A stretch of DNA of 64,000 bases from Candidatus Omnitrophota bacterium (GTDB lineage: Bacteria > Omnitrophota > Gorgyraeia > Tantalellales > Tantalellaceae). The stretch's first letter is position 1; every line of letters starts with the position of its first letter. The stretch covers positions 7,137-71,136 of the forward strand of contig JBDRNE010000025.1 of assembly GCA_043811395.1 (NCBI GenBank), given 5' to 3'. Both the position numbers and the translations under genes were made by a program. The notes under the pieces are model-generated. The model worked only from the letters and a program-made list of their open reading frames with translations. It made no database searches and was not told the DNA's origin. Below are positions 56,857 to 64,000 of this stretch, in pieces.

Positions 56857-57645
56857 ATGACTACACAATGCGGACATACATTTGTGATACCTGTATATGG
56901 TGAATCGCCTTATTTGGAAGAATGCGTTATTTCCTTAAAAAAACAGACTGTACAAAGTGATGTTTTGATGACCACGTCTACACCTTCAGTTTTTTTAGAA
57001 AATTTGTCAAAAAAATACAATATTCCCATAATAATAAACCCTGTTTGTGAAGGCATTGCTTCGGACTGGTCTTTCGCGTACAATTCTTGCCGTACTAAAT
57101 ATGTGACATTGGCTCATCAGGATGATCTGTATTTTCATAAATATTGTGAACTGTGTTTATGCGCCGTAAAAGGGCAAAAAGACAATGTAATTACGTTTAC
57201 GGATTATTATGAATTGATCAAGGATAAGTTTGTGGGGTACAACTTGCATCTCTTAATAAAGAAAATACTGCTGACACCTTTTTTGCTAAAGAGAAATATT
57301 GCCTTTCCATTTATTAAAAGAACAATACTTTCTTTCGGTAACGCGATTTCCTGTCCGACGGTTATGTACAACAAAGAGCGTATAGGTTTTTTTAAATTTT
57401 CAGAAAAATTTAAATGCAATGTGGATTGGGACGCGTGGTTTAGATTGTCGGGGATAGACGGAAGTTTTGCTTATGTGGACAAAAAGATTATGGCGCATCG
57501 GATGCACAAGGAATCGGAAGCGTATTTGCTGAGGGAAAAAGGCGCGCGGGAAAAAGAGGATCAGGAAATGCTGGAGAAATTCTGGCCGAAAAAAATTGCC
57601 CGAATTATGGCATTTTTATACCGGTTCAATCTTAAACTCAACTAA
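56857..57645 (+). CDS. GT2 glycosyltransferase
   Basis: HTFVIP, LAHQDD, SCPTV, DWDAW. Confidence 0.8.
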   Translation: MTTQCGHTFVIPVYGESPYLEECVISLKKQTVQSDVLMTTSTPSVFLENLSKKYNIPIIINPVCEGIASDWSFAYNSCRTKYVTLAHQDDLYFHKYCELCLCAVKGQKDNVITFTDYYELIKDKFVGYNLHLLIKKILLTPFLLKRNIAFPFIKRTILSFGNAISCPTVMYNKERIGFFKFSEKFKCNVDWDAWFRLSGIDGSFAYVDKKIMAHRMHKESEAYLLREKGAREKEDQEMLEKFWPKKIARIMAFLYRFNLKLN

Positions 57646-57664
57646 TAGCATTCGCGGAATCAAT

Positions 57665-58963
57665 ATGGAAACAAAAATAAAAAGTATAACAAATTGGATA
57701 ATACGCCACAAGGGGGAACTTGTAGTGCTTTTTGTGTTTTTATTATTTGCTTTTGGGTATAACATATATCGTGTTCAAGGTGATGGAAAACTGTATTATG
57801 CTTTGTTGGAGAGAACTTTGAATATACCTGATCCTGAAAGTGCGCCTAATTTTCTTGAGTTGGGTTTTCTTCAAAGTATTTGTTCTTTTTTTAATATGCC
57901 GTTTTATCTTGCTGGTTACGCCATAGAAAAAATGCTTGCCGCGCCGATACTTCTCAAAGGAATAACCCTTCGTTCAGCGTTCATAAATATTGCCAGTAAT
58001 TTTTATATAGGCGCGTCTATAATTCTGATTTTTAAAATACTGGCCATGCTGAACTTTAAGCATAGAATAAGTTCTGTTCTCAGTATTCTTTTTTCAACGT
58101 CAGCGTTTGTCGCGGCGGTAGTTATGCCGGCGTATAATCACGCGGTGGATGTACTTATAGTTACTTTTTTTATATATGTGATATTGAAGCGTGAGAGGAT
58201 GTTGCCGATTAAAAGTTTCTGGATTGGCGCGGTTTATTCTTTGGCCATAGCTTCGCGATATTTTAATTTTGTGTTAATAGTTCCGTTACTTGTTATGCTT
58301 ATGATAAAAAAAGATTATTCAAGGATAAAATATATTTTGTTTGGATTCTTTAGCACAATATGGATTTTACCTGTACTGTTCTATTATTACAACGGAAGTC
58401 CGTTTAATCCATGTTTTTCTCAAGAAGCGGTTGGAAATGTTATTCATCGTATGACATTATTTCCGAAGTATACGTTTAGATATTTTGTTCACCCTTTGCA
58501 CGGATTATTTGTTTGGTCGCCGGTAACTATACTTTCAGCCATAGGGTTAGGGGTGATGCCTCGGGACAAAAAAGAGATAGGGTACATGTTTTTGGCGATG
58601 TGGGCACTAATTGTTATGATGAATGGCTATTTCTTTGAATGGACCGCTGGCTGGTCGTTTTCAAATCGTTATCTTACGGGATTATTTCCTATCTACATAG
58701 TCGGATTGGCCGCTTTGGCTGAAAAATATGGAAAAAGAATAGTTGTTTTAGCGGCGGCGTTAACTTTCTATTCAGTTTTTTTATTTTTCAACTGGTATAT
58801 GTGTGTAATAGACGGCGGCTGGGGCACGCCTTGGAATATGATTGAGGCATGGCAAAGGGGAAAGTTTTTTTATAGTACAGGTAAAGAGCTGAATTTTCGC
58901 GTATTTTGTGAAATGATGTATGAACACTCGAGGTATAAATATATTTTCAGGGGTTTTAATTAA
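57665..58963 (+). CDS. GT-C-like polytopic membrane glycosyltransferase
   Basis: First loop GDGKLYY, about 11 TM helices, HGLFVWSP, W.AGWSFSNRY motifs. Confidence 0.6.
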   Translation: METKIKSITNWIIRHKGELVVLFVFLLFAFGYNIYRVQGDGKLYYALLERTLNIPDPESAPNFLELGFLQSICSFFNMPFYLAGYAIEKMLAAPILLKGITLRSAFINIASNFYIGASIILIFKILAMLNFKHRISSVLSILFSTSAFVAAVVMPAYNHAVDVLIVTFFIYVILKRERMLPIKSFWIGAVYSLAIASRYFNFVLIVPLLVMLMIKKDYSRIKYILFGFFSTIWILPVLFYYYNGSPFNPCFSQEAVGNVIHRMTLFPKYTFRYFVHPLHGLFVWSPVTILSAIGLGVMPRDKKEIGYMFLAMWALIVMMNGYFFEWTAGWSFSNRYLTGLFPIYIVGLAALAEKYGKRIVVLAAALTFYSVFLFFNWYMCVIDGGWGTPWNMIEAWQRGKFFYSTGKELNFRVFCEMMYEHSRYKYIFRGFN

Positions 58964-58964
58964 A

Positions 58965-59372
58965 ATGAAAAAGATTGTTTCAATATTATTAGCTGTATGG
59001 ATGTTTGTATTATTTCTAAATTATTCTGGTTTTTTTCGGGATGATACAGATCCTGTCGGTGTGACGGAATTTTATTTTCGATGTATGGGGGCAGGTGATT
59101 GGACATTAACATACCAAATTACCGATCCAAAAAGTTTTGATCATCAAGAATTGTTGGATTTGAGGAACAATTTATTTTTTAAAGAACAACTTTGCAACTA
59201 TAAGACGGAATTGAAAACCTTGGAAGAGAAAAAAGCAGTTACGGAAACTCAGCTATTTTTCGAAAGTGGAAAAACTATTAAATGTACTACAGTACTGGAG
59301 AAACTGGGTACAGACGTGTGGTATATTAGGGAAACCCGTTATGATGAGGGAAAAATGGCGGTCAAAAAATGA
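58965..59372 (+). CDS. Small exported/membrane-anchored hypothetical protein (possibly NTF2-like)
   Basis: N-terminal hydrophobic helix; DPVGVTEFYF..GDW...W pattern. Confidence 0.5.
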   Translation: MKKIVSILLAVWMFVLFLNYSGFFRDDTDPVGVTEFYFRCMGAGDWTLTYQITDPKSFDHQELLDLRNNLFFKEQLCNYKTELKTLEEKKAVTETQLFFESGKTIKCTTVLEKLGTDVWYIRETRYDEGKMAVKK

Positions 59373-60406
59373 GTAACAACCTGGCAAAAATTTTTTCAAT
59401 AGTGGTTTCTTTTGTTCTTGTGATATTTTTGATTTTACTGGGAGAATTATATTGCCGCGTATTTTGTGATATTCCGTTTTTGGGAAATAGTCGGGCTTTA
59501 TTTGTTAAAAACGCTTATGGAGACAGCATCGGAAATGCCGCCAAGATTGAAGCAGTGTCTTTTGGAACAAAAGTATATACAGATATTAACGGCTTTAGAG
59601 TTCCAATAGATTTTGAGGGTATCAGAAAACCAGGTAGAGCAATTTTATTTTTGGGGGATTCGGTTGCTTTTGGTCCCGGGACTAGAGAAGAGGATACCTT
59701 TGTTGGTTTGGCAAGAAAAGAATTTTTGACGATGAACATATATAATTCGGCAGTAATAGGTTATGATACGCGTGACTATAAAAACGTTATGGAACACTTT
59801 ATTCCTCAACATGAAGAGGTTGAGAGGATCTATTTAATCTTTTGTTTAAACGATATTTGTCATAGAAGCGCTGAACTAATTGATAATGCCATCGGGGCAT
59901 TAAAACAGGAATCCGGGCAGGCAAATAAGATGATTTGTTCGTTAGGGGCGAATAGATTTATCCAAAAAATAAATCAGTATTTAAGGTCTCGCTCTAAACT
60001 CTATTTAGCTCTGCGTCACATATTAACAGACCCTTCGGCTTTAAGTTGGGAAGCGGATAGGCTTCTCTATGAATCTGATAATGAGGAAAATTTTATGAAA
60101 ACTATGCGGGCGATAATCTATATAAATGATGCCGCAAAAATTAAAAAAATTCCGTTTACTGTTATAATTGCTCCATATGAATTCCAGTTACGTGATAATT
60201 TTAAGGGGAATCATTTGCCGCAGGAAAAACTAGTTAGTTTTTTTAAAAAGGAAGGGATTAATTATATCAATGCGCTTGATTACTTTAAAGATAGAGGGAT
60301 AAAGTCTAAAGAAATTTTTTTAACTTCCGATCCAATGCATTTTTCGCCAAAGGGACATAAAATAATGCATGAAATTATATGTGAAGACTATTCCGGTCAA
60401 AATTAA
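59369..60406 (+). CDS. SGNH/GDSL hydrolase-family protein (membrane-anchored)
   Basis: LGDSVAFG, LND, DPMH.SPKGH catalytic blocks. Confidence 0.85.
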   Translation: MSNNLAKIFSIVVSFVLVIFLILLGELYCRVFCDIPFLGNSRALFVKNAYGDSIGNAAKIEAVSFGTKVYTDINGFRVPIDFEGIRKPGRAILFLGDSVAFGPGTREEDTFVGLARKEFLTMNIYNSAVIGYDTRDYKNVMEHFIPQHEEVERIYLIFCLNDICHRSAELIDNAIGALKQESGQANKMICSLGANRFIQKINQYLRSRSKLYLALRHILTDPSALSWEADRLLYESDNEENFMKTMRAIIYINDAAKIKKIPFTVIIAPYEFQLRDNFKGNHLPQEKLVSFFKKEGINYINALDYFKDRGIKSKEIFLTSDPMHFSPKGHKIMHEIICEDYSGQN

Positions 60407-60453
60407 TAGACCTGAATTTTACGTCGATAGAGGCTCTACAATTGTGAAAAATG

Positions 60454-60462
60454 TGTTAAAAT
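60454..60462 (+). promoter_or_regulatory. Possible extended -10 promoter for the WecA-like gene
   Basis: TG-T-TAAAAT in intergenic gap; no good -35. Confidence 0.3.
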
Positions 60463-60518
60463 AAAGCGTAGTTTATGTTTAGGTTATAACAATTTTTTAA
60501 CTCAAAAAAGTGTTTATT

Positions 60519-61469
60519 ATGACGTATCTTTTTATTTTTATGATTGCTTGCGGAATAACTTTTTTAATTACGCCGACGATTCGTTATATGGCGTTAAAGT
60601 TTTCTGTTATTGACCGGCGAAACGCTCGCAAAATACATACCAGGATAGTAACTCGGTTCGGCGGAATAGGCATATACATAGGTTTCATATTCGCGATTTT
60701 AAGTTTATTTTTAATGCAGTTTGGCGTAAATAGCGCTAATTCCAAGCCTTTATGGGCCATAATTATGGCCTCTACTATGATTTTGATTTTAGGAATGTAT
60801 GATGACGCGAAAGGCGCGGACGCGAAAGTGAAATTTTTTGTTCAGATATTAGCAACTTTTCTTTTAATAAATGCTGGTTTTAAAATTGACATAGTTGGTA
60901 ATCCCTGGGGGGACCCTCTGAACTTGGGTATCTTTAGCATTCCTGTAACAGTTTTATGGATGGTAGGCATAACAAACGCTATTAACCTAATAGACGGGTT
61001 AGATGGGCTTGCGGTAGGTATAGCTTTTATATGCGCAATGGGTCTTTTTGTTAAATTTTTGATAGTTGGGCTTGTTTTGCCCGCTTTTTTTGCCGTGAGT
61101 TTGGCCGGGGCATGTTTGGGTTTTTTAAGGTATAATTTTTCACCCGCAAAGATATTTATGGGAGACACTGGAAGCATGTTTTTGGGGTTTTCAATAGCCG
61201 CGCTTGCTATATGGACAGGACAGAAAGCTTCAACAGCTGTGGTTTTAATTGTGCCGCTTTTGGGTCTTGGCGTACCTGTTTTAGATACGATTCTTGCTTT
61301 TTCCAGGCGCATTATACGCAGGCAAAATCCTTTTACAGCAGACAAAGAGCATCTTCACCATCTATTTTTAAAGACAGGACTTAGTGAAAAACAAGTTGTT
61401 TTTGTCTTTTGGGGAATAACGCTTTTTTTGAATATTTGTGCCTGTTATTTCTTCTGCCCTCCGCAGTAA
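60519..61469 (+). CDS. wecA: Undecaprenyl-phosphate GlcNAc-1-phosphate transferase (WecA/TagO, MraY family)
   Basis: RKIH, GMYDD, NAINLIDGLDGL, IFMGDTGS, DKEHLHH. Confidence 0.9.
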   Translation: MTYLFIFMIACGITFLITPTIRYMALKFSVIDRRNARKIHTRIVTRFGGIGIYIGFIFAILSLFLMQFGVNSANSKPLWAIIMASTMILILGMYDDAKGADAKVKFFVQILATFLLINAGFKIDIVGNPWGDPLNLGIFSIPVTVLWMVGITNAINLIDGLDGLAVGIAFICAMGLFVKFLIVGLVLPAFFAVSLAGACLGFLRYNFSPAKIFMGDTGSMFLGFSIAALAIWTGQKASTAVVLIVPLLGLGVPVLDTILAFSRRIIRRQNPFTADKEHLHHLFLKTGLSEKQVVFVFWGITLFLNICACYFFCPPQ

Positions 61470-61535
61470 CCTATGCCGGGCAAGTTTCATATTGGCAATA
61501 GTCCATAATAAATACGATAAATACATTAAAATGCA

Positions 61536-61564
61536 TTGACATATGTAGGTAATATTCATATAAT
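61536..61564 (+). promoter_or_regulatory. Consensus sigma70 promoter of the MarR gene
   Basis: TTGACA (61536-61541), 17 bp, TATAAT (61559-61564). Confidence 0.85.
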
Positions 61565-61587
61565 ACTGTTCAATGAATGAACAGTAT
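61563..61587. promoter_or_regulatory. Palindromic operator overlapping the predicted TSS and start codon
   Basis: ATACTGTTCA-ATGAA-TGAACAGTAT, perfect 10-bp arms. Confidence 0.7.
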
Positions 61588-61926
61588 CAAGCCAAAGAAG
61601 AAGTTCTCTACCTTATCCGAGAGATTGACGATACGCCCGGGGTGACCCAGCGCGACTTATCGGCAAAATTAGGCATATCTCTCGGGAAGACCAATTATCT
61701 CCTCAAAGAACTTGTTAAAAAAGGCATTGTTAAGATCCAGAGTTTTACCACACATGACCAAAAATTAAAGAAAATCAGCTATATTTTGACTCCAGAAGGG
61801 ATAAGTGAACAACTGCGTCTTACGTATTATTATTTGAAACTCAAAGAAAAAGAATATTTAAAACTCAAACAGGAAGCTGAGATGATCGCGGAGAGGACTC
61901 AAGCTAAAGAGACCATTGGTAGTTAA
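61573..61926 (+). CDS. MarR-family EPS-associated transcriptional regulator
   Basis: TQRDLSAKLGISLGKTNYLLKELVKKG, YILTPEG, KEKEYLKLKQE motifs. Confidence 0.9.
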   Translation: MNEQYQAKEEVLYLIREIDDTPGVTQRDLSAKLGISLGKTNYLLKELVKKGIVKIQSFTTHDQKLKKISYILTPEGISEQLRLTYYYLKLKEKEYLKLKQEAEMIAERTQAKETIGS

Positions 61927-61955
61927 GGTTGATACCGTGATTTTTAAAATATATT

Positions 61956-62891
61956 ATGAAAAATAATAAATGTTCTCACGGGGTTATGTTTCACCATTTT
62001 TATGACCATACTCATGTAAAGAGCCAGGGGTCAATTTCTGCTGAACAATTAAGGCAAATAATAGAGTCTTACAACAGTGATTATGAAATTTTGTCTGCCG
62101 ATGAATGGATGTATAAAGCATGCCGTGGAGGGTTAAACGAAAATGAAGTCTGTCTGACTTTTGACGACGCTCTTTTATGTCAGTATGAGATAGCCCTGCC
62201 TGTTTTAGAAGATCTAGGTCTTACCGCTTTTTGGTTTATTTATTCGTCCATAATTGTTGGCAATGTAGAAATGCTGGAAGTATATAGAAAATTCCGGACA
62301 GATCATTTCAGGGATATTAACGATTTTTACGAAAAATTTTTTAATACGGTAAAACGTTTAGAACTTTGTATGAACATAGAATCAGTTCTAGAAAAAATTC
62401 CGAGAACTTTTCTTTATGATTTTTTGTTTTATTCGAAAGAAGACAGAGAGTTCAGATATTTTAGGGATATTATGCTCGGCGCAGATAATTATCGGAAGAT
62501 TATGAGTCTAATGATGGAAGAATGTAATGTTGATATAGACGAATTTGCAGATGGTTTATGGATGAAAGAAAAACATTTGAAGGATTTAGATTCGAAAGGT
62601 CACATTATCGGTCTGCATTCGCATAGTCATCCCACTTCAATGGCTTCATTATCCAGGAAAGAACAAAAGAAAGAATATAAGCTGAACTATGATATCCTTT
62701 ATCAAATATTGAACAAACATCCTGAAACTATGGCGCATCCGTGTAATTCATACAATCAAGACACGATGTCTATTCTTAAAGAATTTGATATTAAAATAGG
62801 TTTCAGGTCTAATATGGGAAAATGTCCTGTTTCTGAGTTGGAATTCAAGAGGGAAGATCACGCTAATGTTATGAGAAGGATAAACGGATGA
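61956..62891 (+). CDS. Polysaccharide deacetylase (NodB/CE4-like)
   Basis: MFHH, LTFDDA, IGLHSHSH, AHP. Confidence 0.85.
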   Translation: MKNNKCSHGVMFHHFYDHTHVKSQGSISAEQLRQIIESYNSDYEILSADEWMYKACRGGLNENEVCLTFDDALLCQYEIALPVLEDLGLTAFWFIYSSIIVGNVEMLEVYRKFRTDHFRDINDFYEKFFNTVKRLELCMNIESVLEKIPRTFLYDFLFYSKEDREFRYFRDIMLGADNYRKIMSLMMEECNVDIDEFADGLWMKEKHLKDLDSKGHIIGLHSHSHPTSMASLSRKEQKKEYKLNYDILYQILNKHPETMAHPCNSYNQDTMSILKEFDIKIGFRSNMGKCPVSELEFKREDHANVMRRING

Positions 62892-63682
62892 AGATAACTG
62901 TTTTTACAAGCAATCAGCCGCGCCATATCGCGCTTATTGAACAGATGGCTTCCATTGCTGATGAGGTTTTCGCGATTCAGGAATGTAATACTGTTTTTCC
63001 AGGACAAAGGGAAGATTTTTTTAAAAAAACAAAAGTTATGCAGGAATATTTCAGCAATGTTATTGAAGCGGAAAAGACTGTTTTTGGTTTGCCCCGTTTT
63101 TTGCCTGCGAATGTATGTTCTATGTCAATAAAATTGGGCGATTTAAATAAATTAGAACTAGATGTTTTAAGACCGGCTCTTGAAAGTGATTTCTACATTA
63201 TATTCGGAAGCAGTTTTATTAAAGGCGAGTTATGTGAATTTCTTATATCGCGAAAAGCGTTAAATATTCATATGGGACTTTCACCCTACTATAGAGGAAA
63301 TAGTTGTAATTTTTGGGCGCTTTTTGACGGTAAGCCGGACTATGTTGGTGCTACTATACATTTACTTTCAAAAGGGCTAGATTCAGGACAGATGCTTTTT
63401 CACGCTTTGCCTGGGGCGCGGAAGGTGGATGCGTTTTTGTTGGGCATGTTCGCAGTGAAATCCGCTCAGGAAGGATTAATGGCGTATTTAAAAAAAGGGA
63501 CTATCTTTGAAATAGCGCCAGTTGAACAGGATAAAAATCTTGCAATTAAATATACGCGCAACAAAGATTTTACTGATGAAGTGGCTTTAACTTATTTAAA
63601 AAACCAGCCTATAATGGAAGATATTTTTAATTCTTTGCTATGCAGGGATATGAGTAAATTTTTGCGTCCCTATGTTTATTAA
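62888..63682 (+). CDS. Formyltransferase-family protein (sugar N-formyltransferase-like)
   Basis: LNIHMGLSPYYRG, GATIH, GLDSG. Confidence 0.82.
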   Translation: MKITVFTSNQPRHIALIEQMASIADEVFAIQECNTVFPGQREDFFKKTKVMQEYFSNVIEAEKTVFGLPRFLPANVCSMSIKLGDLNKLELDVLRPALESDFYIIFGSSFIKGELCEFLISRKALNIHMGLSPYYRGNSCNFWALFDGKPDYVGATIHLLSKGLDSGQMLFHALPGARKVDAFLLGMFAVKSAQEGLMAYLKKGTIFEIAPVEQDKNLAIKYTRNKDFTDEVALTYLKNQPIMEDIFNSLLCRDMSKFLRPYVY

Positions 63683-63695
63683 CACTGGAGGATGA

Positions 63696-64000
63696 ATGAA
63701 AGGCATAATCTTAGCGGGAGGGAAAGCGACACGGCTTTATCCTATAACAAAAGGCGTTTGCAAGCAGATGTTGCCGGTATATGATAAACCTCTTGTTTAT
63801 TATCCTTTATCAGTTTTAATGCTTGCCGGGATAAAAGACATTTTGATTATTTCGACGCCTAAAGATACCTCGAGGTTTAAAGACTTATTGGGTACGGGCA
63901 GAGATCTCGGAATTAACCTTACATACAAAGTGCAGGACGCGCCGCGCGGGATCGCGGAAGCTTTTATCGTGGCGGAAGAATTTATTGGCAAGGATACAGT
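63696..64000 (+). CDS. rfbA: Glucose-1-phosphate thymidylyltransferase, 5' part (runs off window; absent from ORF track)
   Basis: GGAGG SD; [49 protein letters not shown]. Confidence 0.93.
   Translation, partial: MKGIILAGGKATRLYPITKGVCKQMLPVYDKPLVYYPLSVLMLAGIKDILIISTPKDTSRFKDLLGTGRDLGINLTYKVQDAPRGIAEAFIVAEEFIGKDT

Noticed and set aside
970-63991. Numerous short minus-strand and alternate-frame ORFs in the ORF track (e.g. 25335-25775, 49449-49907, 60842-61345, 63800-63991)
   Set aside because: They overlap well-supported + strand genes, lack recognisable motifs and look like shadow ORFs; 63800-63991 is antisense to rfbA
1-64000. Taxonomic assignment (radical-SAM-rich glycan loci of this style suggest an anaerobic lineage such as Omnitrophota)
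   Set aside because: No marker gene in the window; impression only, needs best-hit or marker-gene analysis

Overview
The whole 64 kb window is one co-oriented (+ strand) segment of a very large surface-polysaccharide/glycan biosynthesis locus from an AT-rich bacterium, and it continues beyond both edges. It starts with the tail of a Wzz-like chain-length regulator and ends in the 5' part of rmlA/rfbA. It holds about 55 CDS: WecA-type initiating transferase, Wzy/ligase-like polymerase, ABC (MsbA/PglK-like) exporter, GT2/GT4/GT-C glycosyltransferases and NDP-sugar enzymes (RfbF/RfbG, GDP-mannose 3,5-epimerase, RmlC/RmlD-like, DegT aminotransferase, GmhA, domain-inverted HldE-like, split transketolase). 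The tailoring set is unusually large: six cobalamin-binding radical SAM enzymes, three SPASM/twitch-type radical SAM enzymes, six conventional methyltransferases, a carbamoyltransferase, a formyltransferase/deacetylase pair, three hexapeptide acyltransferases and a FabH-ACP-FabG acylation module. Non-coding signals read directly from the sequence: two near-consensus sigma70 promoters, an apparently leaderless MarR(EPS) gene whose start codon sits inside a perfect palindromic operator, REP/REPIN-like elements, two pseudogene remnants, a 26-bp perfect intragenic palindrome, and patchy strong CGCG enrichment. The best candidate for an undescribed system is radical-SAM/B12-driven synthesis and tailoring of unusual (higher-carbon, branched or C-methylated) sugars in a surface glycan. 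All functional calls are from motif recognition by eye, not database searches. No rRNA, tRNA, CRISPR array or transposase was seen.
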